Positions 16,749 through 27,252 of a stretch of DNA of 35,322 nt are shown piece by piece. The position numbers and the translations under genes were made by a program. The notes under the pieces were generated by a model. That model was not told where the DNA came from. It saw only the letters and a program-made list of their open reading frames with translations, and ran no database searches. How positions within the stretch are numbered: position 1 is the first letter of the stretch; every line of letters starts with the position of its first letter. This DNA comes from a virus (Duplodnaviria; Caudoviricetes): IMG/VR virus record IMGVR_UViG_3300025392_000291, positions 1-35,322 of that record, one strand, 5' to 3'.

Positions 16749-18410
16749 CTATACGAATAAACGAGAAAGGCCAGCACCGAAATTAAGAACGGCGTTCTGA
16801 GCTTGTTGTTGAATACCAAGGCTTGTTTGCAATCCTGACATAACACCTTGAAGATTTGTATTGATTGCGCTGGTGAGATATGGAGACGCCGCGCCCATCA
16901 ATTGTAGATTTTGCTGCATACGATTATCAGCAAGACGTGTAACGTAATCTTGTATAGATCTTTGTTGTTGAGCAGCGCCCACAGAACCAGCATTAGCCGA
17001 TGCTTGAGCAGCTTGAGCCTGTGCAGCCTGAATGTTTTGAATATCAGATGCCGTAGGACCATAATTTACTTGACTAAGTATAGGTTGAGCCAATTGTTGA
17101 AGCTGTGAAGATGCGTTAGCAGATGCAGCTTGAATTTGAGCTTGAACTTGTTTGGCTTGATTAACTTGATTGTTGTACATCAATGCACCAAATGCAGCAC
17201 CAGCAAGACCAATAGCCATTTTAAATTGATTTGCAGGCTGAGATAGCCAATTGCTTACCGAACCAGAAAGAGTTTGGTTGTTGGCAATGTTTTGCATCAT
17301 TTGACCAGCTTGCGCGACGGTTATCGTTCCGTTCTTTAAACCATCAGAAATTGCAGTCATCTGAGGAAGCAATTGAGGATTTTTTGTTACATCAATGCCA
17401 TTCGCTGCCATTAACTGATTAACAGCCTGCCCTGTATTTCCAGTTTTTGAAGAAATACTAGCAGCGTCATTTGCATCCTGACCAGCTTTAGCAACAAATT
17501 TTGTAGGATCAGAAGTGGGTGTACTTGTATCTGGAGTAGTAGGAGAACCTTGTATAGTAGCACCGGGCTCAACATTGGTTTTATAAGGCTCAGTGGAAGC
17601 CAAAATTGTTGGAACTTCTTGAGTAGGCGCAGGTGCAGCAGAAGGAGTAGGCCCGGCAGCAGGAGCAGGAGTAATAGTGGTAGTTGCATTAAATTGAGGA
17701 GCAGCAGAAAATGCTGTAGGAGCACCAGTTGGTAATGGAGTTGCCTGAGCTGTTAATTTTTCTGCACTTGTTGGAGCACCTGTTGATCTCCAATCAGCAT
17801 ATTGATCTGATTGAGGTGTCGTAGCTAAATCAGCAGGCGTTACGACAGATGCAGCCGTCTGTGTTGGATAATTTGATATAACAGCATTTGATGGGCCTGA
17901 GTAAACAACTTGAGGTTGCTGAACCACAGGAGATGTTGGGCCACTGTAATTACCAAAGAAATCAAACGAACCATAATTTGATGGCGTAGCAGCATAATTT
18001 GTTTGTGTTGGAGCCACAAAGGAATCAAAATAAGGCGCTGATGTTTGGCTGAATGTATCGCCAGCCTGTGTGCTCACAGGATTAAAAGTATAATCTGGGC
18101 CTGAGTAAGTTGTAGGAGCCTGCGTGACCACATCAGGGGTATATGAAGGCGCTGTAAAGTTTGCAGGCGTTTCTGAAAATGTTGTTGGTGCGGTAAAGTC
18201 CGTGAAATCATCAAACTCAAGCAATCCTGTATGGGGATTACGAGATCCACGACCACCACGAGCCTTCAATAATGCCGCTTCTTTAGGCGTAATGTGGGCC
18301 AAAACCGTATCACGTCCACGACCATGCCTTCTCACAAGCTCGGCAATATTCGAAATTTTTGGGGAGGAGGGCATTTGGGCCTTGAGGAGCTTTGAAAGAT
18401 TTTTAGCCAT
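16749..18410 (-). CDS. internal virion / DNA ejection protein with GRGRDT..NP.TGL.EF leader domain
   Basis: ATG 18410 (TAATG coupling); P/S/T-rich middle; Q/A-rich helical C-terminus. Confidence 0.65.
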   Translation of the reverse strand: MAKNLSKLLKAQMPSSPKISNIAELVRRHGRGRDTVLAHITPKEAALLKARGGRGSRNPHTGLLEFDDFTDFTAPTTFSETPANFTAPSYTPDVVTQAPTTYSGPDYTFNPVSTQAGDTFSQTSAPYFDSFVAPTQTNYAATPSNYGSFDFFGNYSGPTSPVVQQPQVVYSGPSNAVISNYPTQTAASVVTPADLATTPQSDQYADWRSTGAPTSAEKLTAQATPLPTGAPTAFSAAPQFNATTTITPAPAAGPTPSAAPAPTQEVPTILASTEPYKTNVEPGATIQGSPTTPDTSTPTSDPTKFVAKAGQDANDAASISSKTGNTGQAVNQLMAANGIDVTKNPQLLPQMTAISDGLKNGTITVAQAGQMMQNIANNQTLSGSVSNWLSQPANQFKMAIGLAGAAFGALMYNNQVNQAKQVQAQIQAASANASSQLQQLAQPILSQVNYGPTASDIQNIQAAQAQAAQASANAGSVGAAQQQRSIQDYVTRLADNRMQQNLQLMGAASPYLTSAINTNLQGVMSGLQTSLGIQQQAQNAVLNFGAGLSRLFV

Positions 18411-19201
18411 TAGCCTTGACCTACTGTTGTGTCTCTGAGAGTGGCTTGGTTCCACACATTAGATGGTGGCGTATTACTATCAGAAGATCCAAATACTGTC
18501 CCGCCGGGAGTATAACCTGAAGTGCCACCGACGTTCAATGCCGACCCCAAAAGGCTTGTATTAGGGGCATTAGAAATGCTCGGAGAAGGTGCATTTTGAG
18601 ACAATGTGGGTTGATAAGCAGCCGATGAAACGCCTGATCCCTTTGCAGAAGGAGCAAACGCTTGATTAAGACCATAATTTAATGCACCGGTTAAAACTGA
18701 CGTTCCTAAACCGCCTAAATCAGCAGCGCCGCCAATGGTATTGCCAAGAAAATTAGATATTCCACCAATAGCCCCAGATTCCAAAGCTTGACCAAGAGGC
18801 TTACCAGTGGCAAGTGCTCCTGCTGTACCACCAACAAAACTACCAGCTCCAGTTTCAATACCTCTTGCTAATCCAAGAGATGCACCGGGGCCAAGAGTAT
18901 TATATCCCGGAGGCATTGGAGGCCCAACGGTTCCCGGATCTGGAGCAGCAAGTGCGCTAGACACTTCGCTTGTTACCCCAGCCCCAACGCCACCTGTTAC
19001 AGCGCCTCCTAAAATGCCTTTACCGACATCTTGACCAGTTACAGCAGCCGTCAAACCGCCCGAAGTAGCCCCAATAATTGCTCCAGTTGCCACATCAGCG
19101 GCAACACCAGACCCAACAACTCCAGCTACAGCCGCGCTAAGTTCTACCGCAGAAGCAGCTTCAGAAACAGCAAAACCAATAGCAAGACCAGCAGCAGGCA
19201 T
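18410..19201 (-). CDS. Gly/Ala-rich DNA ejection (pilot) protein
   Basis: Glycine-zipper hydrophobic helices; first of the ejection cluster. Confidence 0.6.
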   Translation of the reverse strand: MPAAGLAIGFAVSEAASAVELSAAVAGVVGSGVAADVATGAIIGATSGGLTAAVTGQDVGKGILGGAVTGGVGAGVTSEVSSALAAPDPGTVGPPMPPGYNTLGPGASLGLARGIETGAGSFVGGTAGALATGKPLGQALESGAIGGISNFLGNTIGGAADLGGLGTSVLTGALNYGLNQAFAPSAKGSGVSSAAYQPTLSQNAPSPSISNAPNTSLLGSALNVGGTSGYTPGGTVFGSSDSNTPPSNVWNQATLRDTTVGQG

Positions 19202-19704
19202 TAGAGATCCAATTCAAACTTGTAGGCAGGAACCATTTTTCCGCCGAGCATTTGTTGTGATTGACTTATTTTAACAAGTAATCCTGTATCTTGCGCTAAT
19301 TTTTTAAAAGCAGGCTGGGTTGCATAAGAGATTGCCTTCTTAAATCCCATTTGCTTTAAGGTATTTACACCAGCCTTAAATCTTTCAATTAGCTTTTCAG
19401 GCGGCTCCACAGTGAATGTGTGGAACTCAACAGAGCCGCTCCCAAGGGGTTTAATAAAGAAAACCGTATCACCCAGACGGATAATGCGACCATTATGGGC
19501 TTTAATAAGCGCATATAACCCCCTGATAACTTGATCTGTATTAACACCGGGCATTTCTTTTTCAGAAGATTTCCGAATAATGTCAATTTCAGACATTTTC
19601 TTCGGTTCAGCCTGTTTTTGCTGTTTTGGCGCAGATGGTCCTAATTTGCCCATTTGGGGCTTAGGTTCTTTTGACTGAATGAGTGGTCCAGACGACGCAA
19701 CCAT
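19201..19704 (-). CDS. hypothetical protein, possible GNAT-like internal virion protein
   Basis: Position before the ejection genes; alpha/beta pattern; fold is a guess. Confidence 0.5.
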   Translation of the reverse strand: MVASSGPLIQSKEPKPQMGKLGPSAPKQQKQAEPKKMSEIDIIRKSSEKEMPGVNTDQVIRGLYALIKAHNGRIIRLGDTVFFIKPLGSGSVEFHTFTVEPPEKLIERFKAGVNTLKQMGFKKAISYATQPAFKKLAQDTGLLVKISQSQQMLGGKMVPAYKFELDL

Positions 19705-19705
19705 A

Positions 19706-20047
19706 TTATAACCCCAACGCTTGAATAATTTGCCCATGAGCAGAATAATGCTGTGCCAGCCATTCGTAAAAATCATCTTCTTTACGAAAGTCTGCATCCA
19801 GCATATTGAATGGATTTGACAACCCTAAATTGTCAGCAAAAAACTGATGCTCAACTTGGTGCATCAAAAGCCAATCGTCAAAACGATCAACGTCAACGTC
19901 AGCTATCGGATAAGATGGGCAGGTCAGGTTTTTTGTTTGCTGAAGCTTTTGACGGAATAGGATATGCTCAGTGTAGTTCTCAAATAGGAAATCGTTCAGC
20001 GAATTGGTGTCGCCAAACTCAACCATTGAGAGCCGTTCAATATCCAT
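19706..20047 (-). CDS. acidic His-containing hypothetical protein
   Basis: AGGA RBS; repeated WL..H...H motif. Confidence 0.7.
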   Translation of the reverse strand: MDIERLSMVEFGDTNSLNDFLFENYTEHILFRQKLQQTKNLTCPSYPIADVDVDRFDDWLLMHQVEHQFFADNLGLSNPFNMLDADFRKEDDFYEWLAQHYSAHGQIIQALGL

Positions 20048-20050
20048 ATC

Positions 20051-21457
20051 CTACACCGCATAATAAGGTACTTTTACCACCGTACCATTAAGGTCTACAC
20101 TAAAATATCCGGCTGGGACCAAAGGCAAACTTGATGTTGCAAAGGTCGCCGTTGAAGATGTTGTTGCCGTAACATTGGTTGATGTCACGTTAATCGTGGA
20201 CATTGCAATTGTTACATTTGACCGAGTGTTTGCAGAATCATCCGCAGTCGAAATAGTAATATTTGTTCCGGGGATAAAGTTAATAACGGGCTCAGATCCA
20301 ACTGCCACTCCATTGTTTTGAGTCGTAACTTTTTGATTTGTGCTGTTTGCAACCACAGACAAATTAAGGTCAGCAGAAAGGTTGCCGCCGCCTGTTAGAC
20401 CTGTTCCTGTATTGATATTGCGTGTATTAGCAACGGCTCCTGATACAGCGCTTACCGAGATGCTGATCGCCGTGTTCGACGCTGCTGTAAGACGCCCCTT
20501 CGAGTCAACCGTGAAACTTCCGACGGTACTTGCATTGCCATAACTCCCTGCCGTAACAGCCGTTGTTGCTAATGTTGGATTTGGATATGTGCCTGTAAGA
20601 TCACCACCAGCAGACCCGCCCGGTGTTGTGCCGCTAATTGTAACATTAGAAGCCGCTGTAAGCTGTCCTTGAGCATTAACAGTAAATGTACCAACTTGTG
20701 TGGAAGATCCGTATGAACCAGCCGTAACAGTCGTGCTTGCAATGCTGATTGTCCCAGATCCTGTAATAGGCCCACCAGTCAAACCAGTACCAGTTCCAAC
20801 AGACGTGACAGTACCGTTGTAAGGATTGTTAATAGTGACATTGCCTGTCAAAGCTCCGCCACCTGTCAAATTTGTGCCAGCCAAAACATAGACAGTATTG
20901 GGAACAGCACCCGACACATTAGCGACAGGTATGGTAATTCCAACATTAGATGCCGCAGTAAGGCGACCAGTGCTATCAACAGTAAATGTCGCAACAGCAC
21001 CATTGCTACCATAAGAACCCGCTGTGACGGTTGTTGTGCCAAGGCTTACCGTGACGTTACCTGTAAGAGCACCACCGCCTGTTAAACCAGATCCAGCAAT
21101 AACATAAGTTGTATTGGCAACTGCACCAGAGACATTGGCAACGGGAATAGTTGTTGATGCCGTAACGGGTGAATTGTTATTGGCATACATATATCCTGTC
21201 AAACCAGTGACAGTAATTTGGTTAAAAGATTCGGTTGTGCCGCCTAAAATCTTTTCCCATGCTGTGCCATTAAAAATAACCCAGTCACCAACGCTCCATG
21301 AGCTGATGCCATTAAGTGTTGTATTACCTGCGGTTGATACGATGTAATAAGTATTAGCAACACCAACGCTAGATTGTAGCGTAGGAACATTTGTATTTGC
21401 GTTCCATGTACCAAGGTAGGTAAGAGTCGAACCTACCCCGTTTGCTACTTTTAGCAT
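20051..21457 (-). CDS. tail fibre-like protein with internal repeats
   Basis: [12 protein letters not shown]-terminal domain; 3x VTAGSYG...FTV...G.LTAASN; repeated GLTGGG. Confidence 0.75.
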   Translation of the reverse strand: MLKVANGVGSTLTYLGTWNANTNVPTLQSSVGVANTYYIVSTAGNTTLNGISSWSVGDWVIFNGTAWEKILGGTTESFNQITVTGLTGYMYANNNSPVTASTTIPVANVSGAVANTTYVIAGSGLTGGGALTGNVTVSLGTTTVTAGSYGSNGAVATFTVDSTGRLTAASNVGITIPVANVSGAVPNTVYVLAGTNLTGGGALTGNVTINNPYNGTVTSVGTGTGLTGGPITGSGTISIASTTVTAGSYGSSTQVGTFTVNAQGQLTAASNVTISGTTPGGSAGGDLTGTYPNPTLATTAVTAGSYGNASTVGSFTVDSKGRLTAASNTAISISVSAVSGAVANTRNINTGTGLTGGGNLSADLNLSVVANSTNQKVTTQNNGVAVGSEPVINFIPGTNITISTADDSANTRSNVTIAMSTINVTSTNVTATTSSTATFATSSLPLVPAGYFSVDLNGTVVKVPYYAV

Positions 21458-21465
21458 GGATCACC

Positions 21466-21807
21466 TCAGAGACCATCGCCGGGGGAGATATACAACACTG
21501 CTGTACCAGACGACGTAATGGCAGTGAAATAAGCGTTAGGCACAAATGTTATGATTTCATCTGTGTTGGGAAGAATATACAAAGTGCGTGTTGAGCTACC
21601 CGCAGTTGGTATAACGCAATTGTTACTTGCTGTTGTCGAATCTTGAGCAAATGATAAAAAGCACCCTGTTGATGAGGATGCGTTAATCACACGATATTGA
21701 TTTCCACCAAGAGTCGCAGATGTGCATTGCACAGGGCTTGAAGGTGACGTCGCTGCCGTAAGTGTAACGGTATTACCCGTAATTGTATATGCGCCTGAAA
21801 CTGCCAT
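21466..21807 (-). CDS. small beta-rich virion protein
   Basis: TAATG coupling; ends LYISPGDGL. Confidence 0.65.
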   Translation of the reverse strand: MAVSGAYTITGNTVTLTAATSPSSPVQCTSATLGGNQYRVINASSSTGCFLSFAQDSTTASNNCVIPTAGSSTRTLYILPNTDEIITFVPNAYFTAITSSGTAVLYISPGDGL

Positions 21808-22139
21808 TATGCACTCCAAGGTGGCGTCAGATTAACCGATGTTGGTGTGACCTGTTGTTGGATTTGTTGGTCAATATTGGCTTCTAATGCGGAAACCTGA
21901 GTTGCACCCAAAGCCGATGTGACCCATCCCTGCACCTGAGATTCAGTCAAGTCAGCGTATGGCGTGTAAGGCGAGCCAGCAACGTAAGTTAATGAAACAG
22001 TTCCATAAACTGAACCATTGTGATTATTTCCATCAGTACCGCTAAGTACCCAATGCACTGTGTACACAACGTCTGTTTGGCTTTCGTATGTTGGGTATGC
22101 GGTCAATGTTGGGAATGACCATGTGTATGTATTAGCCAT
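21807..22139 (-). CDS. tail fibre-associated / assembly chaperone-like protein
   Basis: TYTW...VVYTVHW...PYADLTESQVQGWV...PPW pattern; follows fibre gene. Confidence 0.7.
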   Translation of the reverse strand: MANTYTWSFPTLTAYPTYESQTDVVYTVHWVLSGTDGNNHNGSVYGTVSLTYVAGSPYTPYADLTESQVQGWVTSALGATQVSALEANIDQQIQQQVTPTSVNLTPPWSA

Positions 22140-22150
22140 TTAAATACTCC

Positions 22151-23200
22151 TTATGGATGCGTTGCTTTATATGCGTCAAATTCTGCTTTAAGTTCTTGAA
22201 TTGCCGCAACCAAATGCACAACAATTTTGCTATAATCAACACCTTGCGTTTTAATGGAACCGTCTTCATTGACAGCATCTTTTTCGCCATGAACTGCTAA
22301 TGGAATAACCGCTTGCAACTCATGTGCAATAAAACCTTCACCTTTTGATTTGTCGCTGATCCAATCGTAGGTAACAGGTTTCAACGCACTGATTGTCGCC
22401 AAACCTGTCGTCATCGGCGTGACGTTTTCTTTCAAACGATAATCGGATGAAGTGTTATATGCAGTTGTAGAACCAGAAATTGAAATATAACCTGAAACAG
22501 ACCCAGAATTACGAAATTGTTGAACGCTTCCGTTTGACCCTGTTTGATTCAAAATAATAGCATTATCGCTGGTAACAAGGATGTCCAAACTTGCGTTTTT
22601 TCTATAACAAACGCCATAACCAGATGTTTGAGCATACAAATTTGTAAGAGTGGTGTTGATTAAAAAATCACCAGAAGAGTCGATACGCATACGTTCGGCT
22701 GAGTTTGTATACAAAATAGTTGGTGCAGACGCGCTGTCGTTCCAAATGACACGGGCATATGCAGCACCAGAACCGAAGTTTGTACCAGTGGAGTTATCAA
22801 TACCAAACTGATAAGACCCGCCAGTATTATTGCATTGGAGTTTTGCGTAATTTGTCCCGGTGTTGGACGTTGCTGAAATGGACCCCGTTGTTGCCCGAAC
22901 ATCTAATGTATATCCTGGCGAACTTGTCCCAATACCTACATTCTGAGACGCATCAATATACAAGCCTGTTGTGCCGCCTGTCTGTAATGACAGGGTTGTT
23001 GAGCTGTTGTGTATTGGAGATGTCAAAGATGAGACAATGGCATTGCCGCCTGTAATGTTGACATTGGCAAGAGCGTTTGTTCCGTTACCGATACCATTTA
23101 TACCGTTGACGACGGTTGTGAAATTGGCATCAAGCTGCGACAGCGGAATTGAGCTGGTGGCAGTTGCAAAGGTATAAGTTACACTAATCGGCAGAGACAT
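22151..23200 (-). CDS. tail fibre/spike with C-terminal intramolecular chaperone (peptidase S74) domain
   Basis: NVGIGTSSP, ERMRIDSSG, SSDYRLKENV, GFIAHELQ, VDYSKIV. Confidence 0.88.
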   Translation of the reverse strand: MSLPISVTYTFATATSSIPLSQLDANFTTVVNGINGIGNGTNALANVNITGGNAIVSSLTSPIHNSSTTLSLQTGGTTGLYIDASQNVGIGTSSPGYTLDVRATTGSISATSNTGTNYAKLQCNNTGGSYQFGIDNSTGTNFGSGAAYARVIWNDSASAPTILYTNSAERMRIDSSGDFLINTTLTNLYAQTSGYGVCYRKNASLDILVTSDNAIILNQTGSNGSVQQFRNSGSVSGYISISGSTTAYNTSSDYRLKENVTPMTTGLATISALKPVTYDWISDKSKGEGFIAHELQAVIPLAVHGEKDAVNEDGSIKTQGVDYSKIVVHLVAAIQELKAEFDAYKATHP

Positions 23201-25416
23201 TAGAACCTCGCTCTGAGTTCGTATTCCATCTCAAACGTGTTGAGCGTGAAATTTGGTGTTGATGATGTTATCGTAAGTCCGAGATATTTACCATACTGCT
23301 GTGCATCAGACTTATAGAGTGCATAGCCAGAACCACCCGTCCATGTAATGATGGTGGATGAATTGTTAAGCCAAGAAATTGTGGCTCCAAAATTATTAGT
23401 CCAGTAAATCAAATTGGTCAGTGAATAGACAGGGCTGACATTTGATTGGCTATCGACAGTAATATTTAACGTACCGCCAGTTGTTAACGTGGCCTCAACG
23501 CCGAATTTTAGAGCCTGTTTGTCGCGTATAGTATCCTGCATAGGCCATAAGGCCGTCTGAACGGTGGAATTGATGGCTGATGTCTGGTCTTTGTAGAACT
23601 GAATTAAATTAGTTCCGCTGGTCGCATAGAGATAAATGATACCAAGATAAGGTACTGAAGTTGTTAATAAACTTGTTCCTTGCGACGTGATAAACCATTT
23701 TTTGTCAAAGAACACAGCTTGGATTGGCCTTGTTCCCTGCACAGGGTCTTTGTAATAAAAATTAAAAGCAGCACAGAGAATGTTATTGACTAAAACCTGC
23801 CCACCCGTGACGGGATAGGTAAAGTCAATAAGAGGGAAAACACCATCTAAAGCATCAGACAATTTGGTTGTCGTAGCACCAACGAGAGCGTAGACGCCAT
23901 AATCATTCATAAACAATAGGGATCTAAAATAGGCGAATATGGCATTTGCTCGCCTTGTACCTACTGATGCCGACACGTTGGTATTGGTAAATGTCGTCAC
24001 GCCTGTTGACTGCACAGCCACGTCTGAGAACACGTTAATGCTGTCATCGCCAAAGATGTACAGGAAGTTATTGGCGCTCACCATCGCATTGATGTTGGAG
24101 TGCAGGGTACTATCCGTAATGGTCACAGAGCCAGCCGAGACGCTGGAGTAATCATTGTACTGACCTGCCGCAGAGTAATAAACTGTACGGCCCTGAGAGA
24201 GCCACACGCGGCCTTGGAAGGTTTGTATAGATGTTGTGGGGTTAGTGCTGACAACTGCCGTAGCCGTAGCCCCAGACCCGCCTGTACCCGTATTGTTAAA
24301 CACAACCGTGGGAGCGCTGGTATATCCAGTGCCGGGGTTAGTCATAATGATCTCGGTGACAATTCCGCCTGATATAATGGCTGTTGCCGCTGCCCCTGTT
24401 CCACCACCGCCTGTAAATGATATTAAGGGAGCAGTAGAATATCCAGATCCAGAATTGGTAACTAAAACACCGACTGTACCTGTAGAAAAATTTAAATAAC
24501 CAACGACCGCTGTGGCATTAGTTGTTGCCCCACCGCCTGATATTGTGACGGTTGGGGGATTTGTATAGCCAGATCCAGAGTTGGTAATGCTAAGGGCTGA
24601 GACAATGCCTGATCCTAAAACTGCGGTCAGATTTGCCCCAGATCCTCCCCCTCCTGAAATTGTAATAGTCGGAGCCGTTGAGTATCCATAGCCCGGATTT
24701 GTTATTTGTACACCAACTATAGCGCCACCAGATATTGCTGTTACAACAGCTTGACCAACTACACCATTGATAGATCCGGGATCTGAAAATGTTAGTGTTG
24801 GAAAAGCTGTAAAACCAGTACCACCAGAGTTAATGGTGATATTGGTAATGGTGCTTGCAACATTAGAAATGGTAGCAACAGCCGTTGCTTGAACGCCATT
24901 TGCTTGATCTGGAGCTGAAATCGTGACTTGAGGACTTGATGTATAACCAGCGCCGGGGTTTGTTATACCAATTGCTGATATACATCCAATGGTCACAAGA
25001 TTGGCTGTGTCCCATGAGTAAAGACCCTTGTTAGGGTCAGCAATCATTACACGCTCATCTTTCCATTGAGCAATACTTACATTAGCCGTTGAGAATGTTC
25101 CAGCCGAGGCTATCGTGCCTTTTGTTGCCGTCTGAATCTCATAATATTCAGCACCACCATTGGACTGAAAAGCCAAGATGTAGTCGTTATTATTGATGTT
25201 GCAAGAATCAATATGAGTGACAGTATTTGTCCATGTGACATTAGCTACAGTCACAGATTGAGGAACAACTTTTAAGTTTGCATAACCAATAGGCTGTACG
25301 TTCTCAATCCATGAAAACTCAGTCTCATCAATCGCAGTTCTATTAGACTTTGTGTTAAGGGATTTAAACGCCTTAACAACTTGATAATTTTTTTTCTGTT
25401 CGGGTGAAGCTGCCAT
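23200..25416 (-). CDS. tail nozzle / DNA stabilization protein (P22 gp10-like position) with six inserted repeats
   Basis: Beta-propeller-like FQGRVWL..VYYS, LYIFG; inserted TN.G.GY...P.V.ISGGG repeats. Confidence 0.7.
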   Translation of the reverse strand: MAASPEQKKNYQVVKAFKSLNTKSNRTAIDETEFSWIENVQPIGYANLKVVPQSVTVANVTWTNTVTHIDSCNINNNDYILAFQSNGGAEYYEIQTATKGTIASAGTFSTANVSIAQWKDERVMIADPNKGLYSWDTANLVTIGCISAIGITNPGAGYTSSPQVTISAPDQANGVQATAVATISNVASTITNITINSGGTGFTAFPTLTFSDPGSINGVVGQAVVTAISGGAIVGVQITNPGYGYSTAPTITISGGGGSGANLTAVLGSGIVSALSITNSGSGYTNPPTVTISGGGATTNATAVVGYLNFSTGTVGVLVTNSGSGYSTAPLISFTGGGGTGAAATAIISGGIVTEIIMTNPGTGYTSAPTVVFNNTGTGGSGATATAVVSTNPTTSIQTFQGRVWLSQGRTVYYSAAGQYNDYSSVSAGSVTITDSTLHSNINAMVSANNFLYIFGDDSINVFSDVAVQSTGVTTFTNTNVSASVGTRRANAIFAYFRSLLFMNDYGVYALVGATTTKLSDALDGVFPLIDFTYPVTGGQVLVNNILCAAFNFYYKDPVQGTRPIQAVFFDKKWFITSQGTSLLTTSVPYLGIIYLYATSGTNLIQFYKDQTSAINSTVQTALWPMQDTIRDKQALKFGVEATLTTGGTLNITVDSQSNVSPVYSLTNLIYWTNNFGATISWLNNSSTIITWTGGSGYALYKSDAQQYGKYLGLTITSSTPNFTLNTFEMEYELRARF

Positions 25417-26051
25417 TAGTTCACCTGTAGATACTGCGTGGGTAACCTACGAGTAAAGGCAGTCGACAGAGTATTTTGAACTTTCTTTTGATATTCAGCT
25501 TTAAAGAGTTCAGACTCGCCATAGCTCTGTTCTTGGTACTTGGCTTGATGAGCCGCATAATAAGAGACAGGAGAAATCCAACTGTCAGGTATTGTCTCAA
25601 CATCACCAAGATTTACAAGTGCGTTTGGTAATACCACTGTATCAAGTTCCATGACATACACTTGATCTGGTACAGGTCCGAGATAGATGGTTCCAGTACC
25701 ATAAATCGAATAAGCGATGGGACGATTGTAATATGATTGCCAATAGCGCAACTGAGCATTGAAGTTACTCCATGCCAGATAATTCAGAGGTATGCGCGTA
25801 TTGCCCCAATAAATATTTATGTTGATAACATCAATTGTGTTGTTACCATTGGGGAGAGATCCGTAGGTATAGGTCTCTTGATTTGTGACCGTAGCGCTTG
25901 TTTGCAAAATACGATTGCAGCCCGTGTCTCTGACGAGCTGAACACGAGCTTGATTGATGTAAAGAGTTAGCTGATTATCAGTCCAAAAATTTGCATTTGT
26001 ATCATGCAACAAGAGGCGAACTTGCGTGATGTAGTCTTGAAGTGTCGTCAT
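25416..26051 (-). CDS. head-tail adaptor protein
   Basis: MTTLQDYITQVRLLL...L..YINQA, LGPVPDQ; synteny. Confidence 0.7.
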   Translation of the reverse strand: MTTLQDYITQVRLLLHDTNANFWTDNQLTLYINQARVQLVRDTGCNRILQTSATVTNQETYTYGSLPNGNNTIDVININIYWGNTRIPLNYLAWSNFNAQLRYWQSYYNRPIAYSIYGTGTIYLGPVPDQVYVMELDTVVLPNALVNLGDVETIPDSWISPVSYYAAHQAKYQEQSYGESELFKAEYQKKVQNTLSTAFTRRLPTQYLQVN

Positions 26052-26063
26052 TGGTCATCCACA

Positions 26064-26399
26064 TCATGCAGCCTGTGTCCCTTTCCCCCCTCCCCGTATA
26101 GGCGCAGGGAGAGGGGTCCGGTCTACCGTTGGGGACTTACTTCGGTAGACGTTTTGCCGGGTCTCAGAAATATCAAATTGATTTAATCTTTCGAGAGCCT
26201 TCGGCATATCCAGATTTGTCTTAGTCCAGCCAAGCCGGACTAAATTCTCGGTTTTGTCATTTTTTAAATACCCAAACGTGTGAATTGCAACTTCAACCGG
26301 TACTTCCACCGGAATGTTCGGGGGAAACTTGTAAGTCTCCCCTGCCCATTTGTCCGTTAGTTCTTCACTCGTTTTATTGAGTATCCAAACTGATGACAT
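26064..26399 (-). CDS. hypothetical head-associated protein
   Basis: TAATG-coupled ORF in the head cluster. Confidence 0.65.
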   Translation of the reverse strand: MSSVWILNKTSEELTDKWAGETYKFPPNIPVEVPVEVAIHTFGYLKNDKTENLVRLGWTKTNLDMPKALERLNQFDISETRQNVYRSKSPTVDRTPLPAPIRGGGKGTQAA

Positions 26400-26848
26400 T
26401 AGAAGTTTACCACATCACCGAAAACAGAGACGGTTACTGAGCTGTTTGCGACTGCTGTATTCACAACCACAAATAAAGCATTTGCTGTTACTGTGTTTGT
26501 GAGTGTGACAGAAGCAAGAGTCAGATCTTGGTATGTGTTTGCACCCGTCACGTTGCCAATCAACTGAGCAGATGCAACAGCATTTGATGTATTTCCATCT
26601 GACGATGTCAGAATAGAAATGTTACCAAGAGCCATGCTCGGTACCGTACCACCAGCGGTGTTGCTAGGATTTGCAACTGTAATGCGGCGAAGGATGATTT
26701 GCCCATTGTTGGACAAACCACCACTCAATAATGGCAATACTGCCACTGCATTACCTGTTGCAGCCAGAGATACAGGCTTTGCAACGGCAATACGATAATT
26801 GCCAAAGCTGTCCTGATAATTCTGTGCGACTGAATCCATACTAGCCAT
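26399..26848 (-). CDS. capsid decoration/cement-like protein
   Basis: AGGAG RBS; beta-rich; second gene after MCP. Confidence 0.6.
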   Translation of the reverse strand: MASMDSVAQNYQDSFGNYRIAVAKPVSLAATGNAVAVLPLLSGGLSNNGQIILRRITVANPSNTAGGTVPSMALGNISILTSSDGNTSNAVASAQLIGNVTGANTYQDLTLASVTLTNTVTANALFVVVNTAVANSSVTVSVFGDVVNF

Positions 26849-26859
26849 TAGAGTTCTCC

Positions 26860-27240
26860 TTAGCTAGCGTTGTAGGTTCCAGTAACAGCCTGACCACCGT
26901 TCACGTTGAACAATGTTACTGTCTGTGAGCCAGTCGTTGCATTGGCGCGGAGGTTGTAACCATCCGAAATCAATGAACCAGAACCGACGTTGGCAGCAAT
27001 AAGAGTTGTCCAAGCATTTGTGTTGGTTGACGTGTTGAAGTTATTCACTTCAATTGTCACGTTTGCTGTTGGTGGTAAAAGATAAGTACCAGCAGGAATG
27101 TACTGAGCGCTTGACACGCCAGCGTTCATTGCTGTGGCATTACCGATACCCACGTTTGCGATTGTCTGTGTCAGAAACGTCGAAGCTGCCTGATTGGTAG
27201 AGACGTTTGCGACAATTATTTTGCTAAAACCACCTGACAT
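26860..27240 (-). CDS. capsid decoration-like protein
   Basis: AAGGAG RBS; beta-rich; immediately after MCP. Confidence 0.6.
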   Translation of the reverse strand: MSGGFSKIIVANVSTNQAASTFLTQTIANVGIGNATAMNAGVSSAQYIPAGTYLLPPTANVTIEVNNFNTSTNTNAWTTLIAANVGSGSLISDGYNLRANATTGSQTVTLFNVNGGQAVTGTYNAS

Positions 27241-27252
27241 TGTCGGTTCTCC

